From Octopus bimaculoides (lineage: Eukaryota): 41,409 bases of DNA. Location of the stretch: assembly GCF_001194135.2 (NCBI RefSeq), contig NC_068991.1, positions 14,384,911-14,426,319 of the forward strand, written 5' to 3'. Within the stretch, counting starts at the first letter, position 1; each line of letters begins with the position of its first letter. The notes beneath the pieces were generated by a model. That model made no database searches. It worked only from the letters and a program-made list of their open reading frames with translations, and was not told where the DNA came from. This document shows, piece by piece, positions 1 to 11,816 of the stretch. Both the position numbers and the translations under genes were made by a program.

Positions 1-374
1 CTTAGAAGTTCTGAGTCTTTTCCTGATTTGATGCAAATATATTTTTTGAATTCTTAATAGCATTATCAGTTTCCATCTTTAAAAAAAAATTTTCTGGAAA
101 TTATTACCAATGTTTCCAAACTTAATATTCTTAATTACAAATGAAAAGATTTTTTTCTTCACACTGCAGAAGCAGTCAGATAATAGGCAGGTTTTTATTA
201 AATTTTAATCAGTATTTTAAAAATCTCCTGGTTTTTATCTTGCGTGTAAAAGAATTAGGCATACCAGCTGAGTCATTCAAATGTTGTTGTTAGTTTTTGG
301 TAGAATTCATTTTATGTAGATTTTTTTTCTGTTAGGTGATATTTTATATTTATTTTATTATTTTCTTTCTGTTT

Positions 375-558
375 TCTCTTTTACTGGTTTGTGTCGTTTG
401 AATGCGACATGCTGGGGCACCACCTTGAAGAATCAACCCCTTATGTTTTAAAACCTGGTATTTATTCTAGTGGTCTCTTTCTTTTTCCTAACTGCAAAGT
501 TACAGGGATGTAAACACACCAACACCAATTGTCAAGCAATGGTGGGGGACAAAGACAC
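375..558 (-). mobile_element. SINE family A, 3' module (degenerate)
   Basis: Reverse complement matches the tail of the fuller copies at 2867-3266 and 39435-39823 (gtgtttgtcccc...ttgacaac...ggtgtgtttac). Confidence 0.7.
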
Positions 559-700
559 GGCTGTGGCAAGTAGCTTGCTTACCAACCACATGGTTTGGGT
601 TCATTCCCACTGTGTGGCACCTTGGGCAAGTGTCTTCCACTAAAGCCTCCGGCCGACCAAAGCCTTGTGAGTGGATTTGGTAGACGGAAACTGAAACAGA
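559..700 (+). mobile_element. SINE family A, tRNA-like head plus CORE-like segment
   Basis: ggctgtggcaagtagcttgcttaccaaccacatgg...ccttgggcaagtgtctt...gtggatttggtagacggaaactgaaa, seen in at least 8 copies in the window. Confidence 0.85.
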
Positions 701-789
701 AAGGACAAAATGGACAAAAGGGATCCAACTCTTGGTTTCCTTTCTTTTTCCATTCTTATTCACTCTTTGTCTTGTTCCACTTTTTGCAT

Positions 790-890
790 CAACCTTCTTG
801 TTTTTTTCTCATGTTGCTTGGTCCAGGAATCAAAACCACAATCTTACAATCATGAGTCTGACACCCTAACCACTAAGCCACACACCTCCA
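790..890 (-). mobile_element. tRNA-like SINE head fragment (family F type)
   Basis: ccctaaccactaagccacac...ggaatcaaaacc resembles the reverse complement of the head at about 20955. Confidence 0.6.
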
Positions 891-1267
891 TGATTATATA
901 CATATACACACATGCATGCACACACATATTTGGTGTTTCAAGCCCTCCTGTTGGCGGGTCAGCAGTGGTGACCAAATCCCTGCTTATCTTTAACACACTA
1001 ACCTTTAACACATTAAATGTGCTAAAGTTCAATGTGTCACACAAAGTATGTTTAGTTTACAATATATTTTTTTTTTGTCAGCCAGTCAGGTGTGATGATA
1101 ATGATGATGATGATGATGGTGGTGATAATAATAATAAAACCATATTGCAACAAGAAATTTCATCAAACAGTTTTTTCTATATTGTAATTGACTTTCTAAG
1201 AGAGCATGATCATAGCAATTTGTATAAATGGATTTCAATGTTAAAATAAACAAAACATCAGTGATGT

Positions 1268-1530
1268 CTATAATGCACCTAACAACACTAAATGGTAATT
1301 GCTAATGCAATAGACATGAGTAATCTGAAGGGGAAACAACATACAACAGACAAATATAATTGTGAGGTTGAGTGCAGTAGACAATAGTGTAACTGCATTT
1401 GGTAATGCACCAGAAAACTTTGTCTCTAATGTAGCAGGCAGCAAGCAAGCAATAATAGTATTATCTGCAATGGGAATGCGATTGAATGAATGAACTAAAG
1501 CATAAACTATTATTTTGCTATTCCCTCTAT
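1268..1530 (-). CDS. Candidate terminal coding exon of an unidentified gene with a hydrophobic C-terminus
   Basis: Acceptor tttcag at 1536-1531, then about 87 open codons in non-repetitive sequence: (D)RGNSKIIVYALVHSFNRIPIADNTIIACLLPATLETKFSGALPNAVTLLSTALNLTIIFVCCMLFPLQITHVYCISNYHLVLLGAL*. No homologue recognised. Confidence 0.35.
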
Positions 1531-1559
1531 CTGAAATCCATATAAGTTCTTTTTTTCCT

Positions 1560-1764
1560 GTTTGTACGATTGTATATTTGGGTGTATATGTATGTATATA
1601 TATTGATGCACACATCCACATGCACCCACAAACACATGCACAGAAGCACATACAGCCAAGAACGTGCACACATACACACATATCTAGATATACATGTATT
1701 CGCACACACATATATATACATATAGATACATACACATGCATACATACACATACATATATACACA
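1560..1764. repeat. (TA)/(CA) compound microsatellite running into a gap
   Basis: Directly visible. Confidence 0.9.
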
Positions 1765-1962
1765 NNNNNNNNNNNNNNNNNNNNNNNNNNNNNNNNNNNN
1801 NNNNNNNNNNNNNNNNNNNNNNNNNNNNNNNNNNNNNNNNNNNNNNNNNNNNNNNNNNNNNNNNNNNNNNNNNNNNNNNNNNNNNNNNNNNNNNNNNNNN
1901 NNNNNNNNNNNNNNNNNNNNNNNNNNNNNNNNNNNNNNNNNNNNNNNNNNNNNNNNNNNNNN
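1765..1962. other. Assembly gap
   Basis: N run. Confidence 1.
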
Positions 1963-2318
1963 TGAGGGTTCCAGTTGATCCGATCAACGGAACAGCCTGC
2001 TCGTGAAATTAACGTGCAAGTGGCTGAGCACTCCACAGACATATGTACCCTTAACGTAGTTCTCAGGGGTATTCAGTGTGACACAGTGTGACAAGGCTGG
2101 CCCTTTGAATTACAGGCACAACAGAAACAGGATATAAGAGTGAGAGAAAGTTGTGGTGGAAGAGTACAGCAGGGTTCACCACCATCCCCTGCCGGCGCCT
2201 CGTGAAGCTTTAGGTGTTTTCGCTCAATAAACATTCACAACGCCCGGTCTGGGAATCGAAACCGAGATCCTATGATCGCGAGTCCGCTGCCCTAACCACT
2301 GGGCCATTGTGCCTACAC
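1963..2318 (-). mobile_element. SINE family B (tRNA-derived head; tail shared with family F)
   Basis: Reverse complement of the 10159-10540 copy. A-box-like tggcccagtgg and B-box-like ggtttcgattccc. Comparable to described octopus tRNA SINEs (OK/OR1/OR2); exact family assignment unverified. Confidence 0.9.
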
Positions 2319-2699
2319 ATAAAACAGTAGTCAGATGTTAATTGAAGGAAAGATTAATGAAACGATTTCATTGTCACAATTATTTTCACAAGGCAAATAT
2401 GACACCATTGCCTTCAAAATTTCACTGGTTGTTTGCCTCTTGTCTTTTAGTCAAAAGGGACAGTTCTGCCCACATTCTGTTACAGAGTCCCCAAGAGAAA
2501 AGGTGAAAGTAAATTATCCTCAAAATGTAAATCTGGTGCAAATGCGTTGGAGCCAAGCTCTTATAATAAATATTCACTGATCTTCTGACATGTGCAACTG
2601 TTATATAAACCATGAATACCATTTATGTTTTCATGCCTACACATTTAGATATATTTTTTATATGTATACACACACACTTCATGCTTCACTGCTAAATCT

Positions 2700-2866
2700 A
2701 CAAGCTTTTTTTTTCATTCTCTTTCTGTTTATTTTCTCTTATTCCTTTCTGTTGAAGAGTCTAGGCTCGAAACATAAAAGACTTTTTCATTTTCCTGAGC
2801 ATCAAACTAATACACTTGCTAGTTGTTCATTCACCTGTCTTTGTCTTTTGGTTTTCTATAATTTTC
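2700..2866 (+). mobile_element. Family G short repeat with decayed hammerhead-like motif
   Basis: cctttctgttgaagagtctaggctcgaaacataaaagac...ctaatacac...cacctgtct matches 27680-27891 and 41293-41409. Confidence 0.75.
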
Positions 2867-3019
2867 AAGTAGCTTGCTTACCATCCACATGGTTCTGGGT
2901 TCAGTCCCACTGCATGGCACCTTGTGCAAGTGTCTTCTACTATAGCCTCGGGCCGACTAAAGCCTTGTGAGTGGATTTGGTAGATGGAAACTGGAAGAAG
3001 CCTATCGTATATATGTATG

Positions 3020-3050
<31 letters not shown>

Positions 3051-3266
3051 ATATGTTTGTGTGTCTGTGTTTGTCCCCCCAACAATGCTTGACAACCAAT
3101 GCTGGTGTGTTTACTTCACCGTAACTTAGCGGTTCGGCAAAAGAGACTGATAGAATAAGTACTAGGCTTCCAAAGAAGTCGTCCTGGGGGTCGATTTGCT
3201 CGACTAAAGGCGGTGCTCCAGCATGGCCGCAGTCAAATGACTGAAACAAGTAAAAGAGAGTAAAGA
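2867..3266 (+). mobile_element. SINE family A, near full length with internal (TA)n
   Basis: Head, CORE-like ccttgtgcaagtgtctt, (TA/TG)n spacer, and tail ending aaacaagtaaaaga. Confidence 0.92.
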
Positions 3267-3443
3267 GTATATATATTTATATAGCAAATACGTACATGCA
3301 TGCTTATATAGTGCAACACTTTGCTCTTAGCCAAAAGGCTGAAACATATCTACATGTAAATGCACACATATTTATATGCATACATACAAACACATACAAT
3401 CATACATACACACATTTATGCATACAAACATACATGTTATACA

Positions 3444-3461
3444 CTACCACTACTACTACTG

Positions 3462-3504
<43 letters not shown>

Positions 3505-3514
3505 GACTACTACT
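3444..3514. repeat. (CTA)n microsatellite
   Basis: Directly visible; explains the poly-T and poly-L ORFs. Confidence 0.97.
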
Positions 3515-3795
3515 AAAATCTCAGCGCCTATTAATCAAAATTTCCATGGCTGATTTGTCTGCTGACCATGTCAGACCACTGCCAAGTCTGATTTTAAACA
3601 CTACTTCAGGAAGTTTTTGACTACTAATTGCTCTGTTAATCACAGTTAATCAAAATTATTCCACTCACTATTGCAAACATGTGTTGTTCTGCTGTGTATA
3701 TGTGTGTGTGTGTGTGTGTGTTCAATGCAGAACGTTCTCCAATAGTATTTATCCTAAGCCATATTTTTGATAAGCTTCGTCAATACGATATGGAT

Positions 3796-3848
3796 CTAAT
3801 GAAGCATTTCTAATGAAGCATTTCTAATGAAGCATTTCTAGAGCATTT
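3796..3848. repeat. 14-bp tandem repeat (ctaatgaagcattt x3 plus partial)
   Basis: Three exact units at 3796, 3810 and 3824. Confidence 0.95.
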
Positions 3849-4114
3849 GACAATCTGGCAAGCAGCCATTCTTTTTCTCCCAGGCCAGTAACTAACAGCT
3901 TCTAATTAACGCTTTGGTTGGTTTCCAGAACATGTCCTTACCGATTTCAGTGCCAATCAAGTTTGATAATGTTACTTAAGTATGCATACCTAGACTAAAA
4001 TTTCACATTATCTTAGTAATTTTATCTGAATATAACTGCAGCTATATAGCCTTTCTATTATATAAATAAATATTTTAAAATGTGTTTCTATTGACATTGC
4101 TGGACTTCAAATCA

Positions 4115-4147
<33 letters not shown>

Positions 4148-4524
4148 TGCAACAACAACGTTGTTTTCTTTTGTGCCAATAAAAGTTAGTTTAAGAATAA
4201 CAATAAGAATAATCTTTCCATTTGTTTCAAAAGTCTTCTTTGAAATATAATTAAAGAACAAATTGAAGAAATTACCTAAATTTTCTATGAACTAATGCCA
4301 AAACTTGGTGGCTCAACAAAGAAATTCTTTTATTGTTTCAGAGTGAAGTTAGTGGCTTAGTTATTTGTTGTTGCTGCTGTTGGTTCAACACAGGTCAGTG
4401 CTGATCTAACAGAGGTATTCCAGCCACAATCAACCTATGGCTAATTTGGTCATATTATAGCTAGGACTACCTTACCAGAGGTATTCCAGCAAGGACTAAA
4501 CTGTCTTTAATTTTGACATGATGA

Positions 4525-4858
4525 TCATCATCATCATCCTTTAACGTTTGCTTTCCATGCTAGCATGAGTTGGACGATTTGACTGGAGACTGGCGAAGCG
4601 GATGGCTACACCAGACTCCAATCTGATTTGGCAGGTTTATACAGCTGGATGCCCTTCCTCATGCCAACCACTCCGAGAGGGTAGTGGGTGCTTTTTACGT
4701 GCCACAGGCATGAGGGCCAGTTTGGTGGTACTGGCAACGGCCACGCTCAAATGGTGTTTTTTTTATGTGCCACCTGCACAGGAGTCAGTCCAATGTTTTG
4801 TTCACATGCCACTGGCACAAGTGCCAGTAAGGCGAAGCTGGTAGTAATCACGCTCTGA
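4525..4858 (-). mobile_element. SINE family E body/tail ((ATG)n 3' end; ggaagggcatccagctgta motif)
   Basis: Matches 8065-8360 (+) and 17238-17530 (-). Confidence 0.8.
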
Positions 4859-4886
4859 TGGATCATCATAATTAAATTCATTGTGT

Positions 4887-4926
<40 letters not shown>

Positions 4927-5179
4927 TTATTTATTTATATATAATAGTATAAATTATATATAAACATATGCATATATACATACATATAAATACATACCTA
5001 CATCAAAAAAACGTTTAACACAATGAGAAACAAAAACATAGAAAACGAACTTTTTATATATATATATGTATCTGTATGTATGTATATATATGTATGTATG
5101 TGTATGTATATATATATATGTATGTATATGTATCTATATATATGTATGTATGTATATTGATATGTAAGTATGTACGTAT

Positions 5180-5411
5180 AAATATGTGTCTTTGTATCTG
5201 TGTTTCCCCACCCCCCATTGCTTTGACAACCAATGTTGGTGTGTTTTTGTCCCCGTAATCTAGTGGTTTGGCAAAAGATACTGATAGAAGAGGTACCAGG
5301 CTTACAAAGAATAAGTCTTGGGGACGATTTCTTTGACTAAAACCGTTTAAAACAGTACTCAGCATGGACACAGTCAAATGACTGAGACATCTAAAAGAAT
5401 ATAAAAGAATA
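5180..5411 (+). mobile_element. SINE family A 3' module preceded by (TA/TGTA)n
   Basis: ttgacaaccaatgttggtgtg...gtcaaatgactgagac...aaaagaata. Confidence 0.8.
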
Positions 5412-5629
5412 TTTTGACTGATGACTCCATTAATGTTACATTTTAAGTCAAAATGGAATACAACTTAAGAGAATTCTTCAGTTAATAAGTACAATTAAAT
5501 TAGACATGGTCTGGGCCAACACTTGCCAAAACCAGTCTAATGTATCTAATTTTCTTTTGTCTGCGTATGTGAATGCATGCAAGAATATTTTCCTCTGAAT
5601 ATATGTCTATATGTGTATACAGGATAATA

Positions 5630-5783
5630 ATTCTTTCTACTATAAGCACAGGCCTGAAATTTTGAGGAAGGGGAAGTCGATTACATCAACCCCCAGCACT
5701 TGTTTGTTATTTTATTTTATCAACCCCATCTCCAAGAGGATGATAGGTTAAAAGCAAACTCAACAACATTTAAATTCAGAATG
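5630..5783 (-). mobile_element. SINE family D fragment, CpG-decayed
   Basis: ttctactataagcacaggcctgaaattttgagg... matches 26326-26537. Confidence 0.7.
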
Positions 5784-5785
5784 TA

Positions 5786-6070
5786 TGAAAGGGTGCCGAA
5801 AAATTTCTTGGGTTTGAGTAAAAAAAAAAAATGCAGGAGGATCAGTTACTCTTTTAGTTGTTTCAGTCATTTGTCTGTGGCCATGCTGGAGCACCACCTT
5901 TAGTTGAGTAAATCGACCCCAGGACTTATTCTTTGTAAGCCTAGTACTTATTCTATCGTTTCTCTTTTGCCGAACCACTAAATTACGGGGACGTAAACAC
6001 ACCAGCATCGGTTGTCAAGTGATGTTGGGGAGTTGAGACAAACACAGACACACAAATATATACACACATA

Positions 6071-6150
<80 letters not shown>

Positions 6151-6462
6151 TACGACGGGCTTCTTTCAGTTTCCGTCTACCAAATCCACTCACAAGGCTT
6201 TGGTCGGCCCAAGGCTATAGTAGAAGACAGTTGCCCAAGGTGCCATGCAGTGGGACTGAACCCGGAACCATGTGATTCATAAGCAAGCTACTTACCACAC
6301 AGCCACTCCTACTTTTATTCAACATATTCCCCTCTCAGATTCACATAATTATTGCAGTTGTCATTCAGTTTTTGTAAGCTGTGTAAGAGAACTCAGAGGG
6401 TGGGCCGCCAACCAAGTCTTTTGTGATACCCTTAAAACCAGGAACTTTTCAGGACTCCCTTG
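5786..6462 (-). mobile_element. Mariner-derived MITE interrupted by a SINE
   Basis: TA at 5784-85 and 6463-64. Imperfect TIRs tgaaagggtgccgaaaaatttcttgg / ccaggaacttttcaggactcccttg. The minus strand near 6315-6365 encodes a decayed mariner-type C-terminus (...NLRGEYVE*). Confidence 0.75.
5848..6309 (-). mobile_element. SINE family A, full length, nested in the mariner MITE
   Basis: Complete head, (TA)n spacer and tail. Confidence 0.92.
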
Positions 6463-7871
6463 TAAAGCAAAAAGAAATGCTTCCAAACATTATGAATGAC
6501 ATTCTAGCGATTCTATCAGCTCGTCACTTATGATTTAGGATGATAATAAAGTATGATTTAACATTAGGGTGTTTTTAGCTTTCATCAAATTAACATTAAC
6601 ATATTTAATGCGGGGAGTACGAAAGTGCCCTGCAGATTCAGCAGAGAAAAAGTTAACATAAAAATAAAGAGAAACAAAAAAAATAATATCAGCCAATAGT
6701 AAACATCATATAAATTTTTCTAAAAACTGAGGAGACAACTCTGAACATGTTTCGAACTTATTCTGACCTTTTTAGCAAACAACCTTCACTGATATACTTG
6801 CCAAAGCAATGATGTGAGTAAATGTAGGAGATTGCAGATTTATTGAGATAAGACAATTGAATTGTTTACAAATCAAATAATATGCAGACTTTATACACAT
6901 AAAAAATATTTATATATTGATTTCTATATACACATAACTGTAATTTTGTTTAACTTATACACTTTATTGATTTATTACCTCCCCCCTTTGCACTCCACCA
7001 CCCTCTTCCGTACTCTCATATTTAATCCATGCATGTATGTATAAATGTATGTATATATATGTCTTTCTATGTCTCTACCTCTCTCTTTCTCCCACTTTCG
7101 CTGAAGGAGTAACCAAACAAGAGAGATACAGAGAAAAATGTAGACGGGGGCGGGGGGGAGAGACAAAGAAGATGAAAGACTATGTGAAAGAGAGTAAGAG
7201 AGAGATTGTCAGTTATACAGACTAGGTGAGACTATGGAAGTACAGAAGAAGTAATGTGGAGGACAGAGACGTTGATAGATCAATGAAAAGTTAAGTCAAA
7301 CAAAAATTTCAGCAATGTGTACACAATATAACAATATCTTATATATTTATTGATTCTAAAGTATGTATATCAATATATGTAACCAAAACTTTAAACACTC
7401 TTTTGAATCAATCTAAAATGAAAGTAAAATCTCAAACATTTTTGTTTCAATTTTTATGCATTTTAGCAAAAATTTAAAGTTGCTTTGCAAGTTCATTTTG
7501 CACTGATGTCCCTAAAAGGAGATAAGAGGAAGAGTCCACCTGAGTGGAATTTTGTATTGTAGTTTATTTTATAGGAGTAACTCTTTATGTGTTGACTCAC
7601 CAAGGAAATGTGTTATGTGTTATGTGTTTTGCATGAGGTGAGGCATAACAAACTCAAAGACTATCCCAGGCAACACAAATTCTGTTTCTTTGCTTAAAAC
7701 CCTCAACTCAGCCTCCACAGCTCTTAATCAATGTGGTTATCTCTTTTTCTTTTTAACTCTCTCCCAAATATACATCTCCATCATCAAACTATTCTTTGCC
7801 ACTTCCACATATTATGACAATATTCTAATAGTAATTATAATTTTAGAGAAACAAAGGAAATACCATTTACA

Positions 7872-8360
7872 GATGCAGGTATGGCTGAATGGTAGGAAGT
7901 TTGATTCTTGTCTTCGTGGTTCTGGATTCACTCTCACTGCAAGGCATCTCAGGCAAATGGCTTTTGCTACAGCCCTGGACTGAAAAAAGCCCTTGCAAAA
8001 TGGATTTGGTAGACAGAGACTGAAAGAAGCCCATCATGTGTGTGTGTATACCTTCCACACATACAGGCTTGTTCTTTCCGGTGCCAGTGCCACTTAAAAA
8101 GTAGCCATGCCAGTGCTGCATAAATGCTCTCATGGCGGTGCTGTATAGACACACCTGTGCTAGTGGAAGGTAAAATGTACCCCGCACACTCTGCTAAGTG
8201 GTTGGCACCAGGAAGGGCATCCAGCTGTAGAAAGCATGCCTCAGCAGACAGCTAGAGTCTGGACAGCTCCCCGGCTAGCCAGCTCCATATCAAGCCATCC
8301 AAAACATGCCTACATGGAAAGCAGACATTAAACAATGATGATGATGATGATGATGATGAT
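7872..8360 (+). mobile_element. Composite SINE: family A head + (TG)n + family E tail
   Basis: Degenerate A head (7872-8040) is continuous with the E body and ends in (GAT)n. Confidence 0.75.
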
Positions 8361-8364
8361 GTGT

Positions 8365-8620
8365 GTGCATGTAAGTGTGTGTTTTACTGTCTCCTTGCCA
8401 TGCATCATGTGATAGTTTGTAAATGAGTATCACAGTCATGCAAGCAGTGTCCATTGTTTCTAATCTTCCAAAATTAAAATATGTCTGGTCATGAGGTAAT
8501 ATTACCTGACTTGGAAACAGGTAAGGGTTGGTGACAAGAAGGGCATCCAGCTGTAGTAAAATCTGCATCAACAAATTTCATCCGACTCATGCAAGCATGG
8601 AAAGGTAGAGATTAAATCGA
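8365..8620 (+). mobile_element. SINE family H body/tail (shares gaagggcatccagctgta with E)
   Basis: Matches the reverse complements of 11330-11530 and 16973-17225. Confidence 0.75.
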
Positions 8621-9499
8621 TGAAACAATAGATGATAGAAGAAGGTAAGCAAAATCAACATGCTTTCATTCTTTACTATTTTATAACTTAACAACCCACT
8701 TCAAGTCTCTTCCATTCCTCTCTATCTATTGCCATTCCAGTTCAAACTAGTTTTGTACTCTCCCCTTATTGTGCTTTTCATGTATCCTTCTATGTTAGCC
8801 CTCTATCTCCTTTTCTATCTACACCTTCTTCCCTGTTCTTCTCGTAGAACCCACTATATGTTTGTTTTTTGTTTTTTTTCCATCTATCCATCCATCTTCT
8901 GTTCTGGCTAAACAATCTGCCTACCTCTACTATTTTTGCTATCTCTTGAAGAATATCTCATTTCTCTCTTCCTTCCTATCACTAAACATCTAATTCTATC
9001 TTTCAACATGATAATCAACATTCATCTTTCCATGACATATCAAATTGTTAATGATTTTTTTCTTCCTCTTCTGGCCCACCTTCTACACTCTGCTCTTCCA
9101 TACCAAAGTTGCTAACAAACACACACATTGGTTAAACACTTTCTTTCTTTAAACAGCAGGATGGAATTCTTTCAGAAGTTAAACATATATCTTGTGACAA
9201 AAAATTACTCTTATCATTATCATTATCAAGAAATTATCTTACAATTTATATATTTAATTGTTTCCTCTTGTACGATTAATTTTCTCCCACTTTCTCTATG
9301 TACACAAATAAGCGTGCAAGCACAGGCATATAACCACATATATATACACATGGGATAGAGAGAGAGAGAACAGCAGTTTCAGAGTGAGGTGAAGTGGAAG
9401 AGTCCAAACTTTCAATTTGTCACCATTGTCATAAGCATCATCACCATCATCATTATCATCATCTGTTACCAGGCTCTCTCAAAGATTCAGCAACCATAC

Positions 9500-9581
9500 T
9501 CTTCTATTATGATGAACTGAAATTTGTTGTTTTTGGAAGACAGACATAGTGTGATTAGTCCTCCATGCAGCATGGCCAATC
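9500..9581 (-). CDS. Weak candidate internal exon (82 nt)
   Basis: (CT)n-cag acceptor and aga|gtatgg donor. Two frames are open: IGHAAWRTNHTMSVFQKQQISVHHNRR or LAMLHGGLITLCLSSKNNKFQFIIIE. No homology recognised. Confidence 0.22.

Positions 9582-9583
<2 letters not shown>

Positions 9584-9621
<38 letters not shown>
9584..9621. repeat. (GA)n microsatellite
   Basis: Directly visible. Confidence 0.97.
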
Positions 9622-9639
9622 ACAAAACTGAGAGAGGGG

Positions 9640-9790
9640 TGGAAAAAGAGATGGATTGACCCCCAGTACTTGACTGACATTTCCTTTTATCGACCCAAAA
9701 TTGAGTCAGCAGGATTTCAATTTGGAACGTAAACATTTAGAATAGATACTAAATGCAAAGCATTTGTCCAGCATTCTAATGATAGTGAGT
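9640..9790 (-). mobile_element. SINE family D fragment, decayed
   Basis: ttgacccccagtacttgactg...ttatcgaccc...gcaaagcattt. Confidence 0.6.
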
Positions 9791-10158
9791 CGACAAAAGC
9801 ACCTTCCTAAACTTTCAGTTACATGCTGGAAATAACTGATTCGATTCCCCCAATCAATTTTGTTGATCAGTGATCAGAGAAAGTAAATGAGAGAGCACGA
9901 AACAGATATAGTGAGGGTGAGAGAGAGAGATGCTAGATCTCATATCAAATGGCTTATAATAAGAAATCGGAGAAATTTAATTAGAATACCATCTGCCATG
10001 TTGCTTTAGCAGCCATTTTCCTGTCTGCTTGTCTCTCTTTTCAATCTCGTTTTCTCTTTGTTTATCTTCTCTATCAGTGGCTCTCTGCTATTCTTTCTTA
10101 TATAACTATATCTATATCTAGCTATCTATCAATCTGTATGTGTGTGTGTATATAATAT

Positions 10159-10540
10159 GTGGAGGTGCAATGGCCCAGTGGTTAGGGCAGCGGACTCACA
10201 GTCATAGGATCGCGGTTTCGATTCCCAAACCGAGCGTTGTGAGTGTTTATTGAGCAAAAACACCTAAAACTCCATGAGGCTCCGGCAGGGGATGGTGGTG
10301 AACCCTGCTGTACTCTTTCACCACAACTTTCTCTCACTCTTACTTCCTGTTTCTGTTGTGCCTGTAATTCAAAGGGGCCACCCTTGTCACACTGTGTCAC
10401 GCTGAATCTCCCCGAGAACTACGTTAAGGGTACACGTGTCTGTGGAGTGCTCAGCCACTTGCACGTTACTTTCACGAGCAGGCTGTTCTGTTGATCGGAT
10501 CAACTGGAACCCTCGACATCGTAAGCAATGAAGTGCCAAC
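10159..10540 (+). mobile_element. SINE family B, full length
   Basis: tRNA-like head gtggaggtgcaatggcccagtggttagggcagcggactc...ggtttcgattccc; tail ...gatcggatcaactggaaccctcgacatcgtaagc. Confidence 0.93.
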
Positions 10541-10962
10541 ATACAACACACACACACACACACACACATATATATTAATGTTTATATGTGCATCTTCATC
10601 ATCATCATCATCATTTTACATCTGTTTCACTGCGCTAGCATTGGTTAGATGGGTTGTCACGTACAGACTGCATCATTTTGTATACAATGTTACAGAGAAA
10701 ACTAGCCAACTATGGCACTGTATATATCTTACAATGTGGATATGGTTATGCTTTTTGTTATTACCAGCACTAGTCCGGTCAAGTTGACTTTGTCCCTTGT
10801 AGGCAAACTGAAGGGAACTTTCAACCTTATATTCTTATTCAGGATTGCTGTACTCTTAGAAGAGCTGCCTGTGATGTGGCTTGCAGAGTTCATGTCTTAC
10901 TCATATACCTACCTATATCATATATATTTAGAGAGAGAGCATGGAAGACAGACATTAAGTGA

Positions 10963-11003
<41 letters not shown>

Positions 11004-11256
11004 TATATAAATTATGAGTTAGTTTATGCAACCGTCTAAGGGATAAATGTATACATAGGCACTACTGGTGTATTACCTAACTATGTATAGGCCTTGCTAT
11101 ACATAGTAGTTGGTAATTTAAATGACCATCCTTGGGACATAAGTAATATGTGTGCAAAGTCTGGAGAAAATCGGTTGAGAATTGTGGAAATGAATGCATT
11201 TGTCATTATACATTCACATACTGTGATTTATATATATATATATATATATACACACG

Positions 11257-11310
<54 letters not shown>

Positions 11311-11329
11311 TATATATTATGATGATCAT

Positions 11330-11650
11330 CATCATTTTAACATCCTGCTTTCCATGCCTGCAGAGGTCCGACAGAGTTTATTGAAGCAGATTTTCTATGG
11401 TTGGATGCTCTTCCTGTTTCCAAACTTCATCTGTTTCCAAGCAAGGTAATATTTCCCCATGGTCAGACATGTTCTTGCAGAATATTGGAAATGAATGACA
11501 CTGCTTGTATCACAACACACACATATACATTATACAGTTAGCTTTCTTCAGTTTCCATCTACCAAATTCATTTTCAAGTCTTTGGTCGACCCTGGGCAAC
11601 AGCAGAAGAAACTTGCCCAATGTGCTACAATTGATTGTGTTTGTCTGTTG
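11330..11650 (-). mobile_element. Composite SINE: family A head + short microsatellite + family H tail
   Basis: H body at 11330-11515 followed by ctttcttcagtttccatctaccaaatt... (A head, minus strand). Confidence 0.7.
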
Positions 11651-11765
11651 TTGTTGTAAATATAATTTCAACAATAGAGAACTCAAAACACAAAAGCGTA
11701 TCTAGAATTTAATAACTAATCAAATACCAGATTAACCATTGATCACATTATGACTGTTTACTTAC

Positions 11766-11816
11766 AAATATAGACTCCACATGATGTCTGTTGTTGCAAA
11801 CACTCTCACACACAAA
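11766..11816 (-). CDS. Weak candidate micro-exon (51 nt)
   Basis: tttttatattttag acceptor and ttt|gtaagt donor. Open as LCVRVFATTDIMWSLY or FVCESVCNNRHHVESIF. Confidence 0.2.

Noticed and set aside
5488-5560. Minus-frame DWFWQVLAQTMS resembling a HECT-domain motif
   Set aside because: The frame closes within a few codons, there is no good donor and no further HECT motifs.
6775-6812. Plus-strand micro-exon candidates (also 2452-2503, 4341-4392, 7575-7638)
   Set aside because: No coherent frame chain, and some lie in repeats; they illustrate the background rate of chance splice signals.
10159-10235. tRNA-like sequences at SINE heads
   Set aside because: They are followed by SINE bodies and lack a proper acceptor stem, so they are not tRNA genes.
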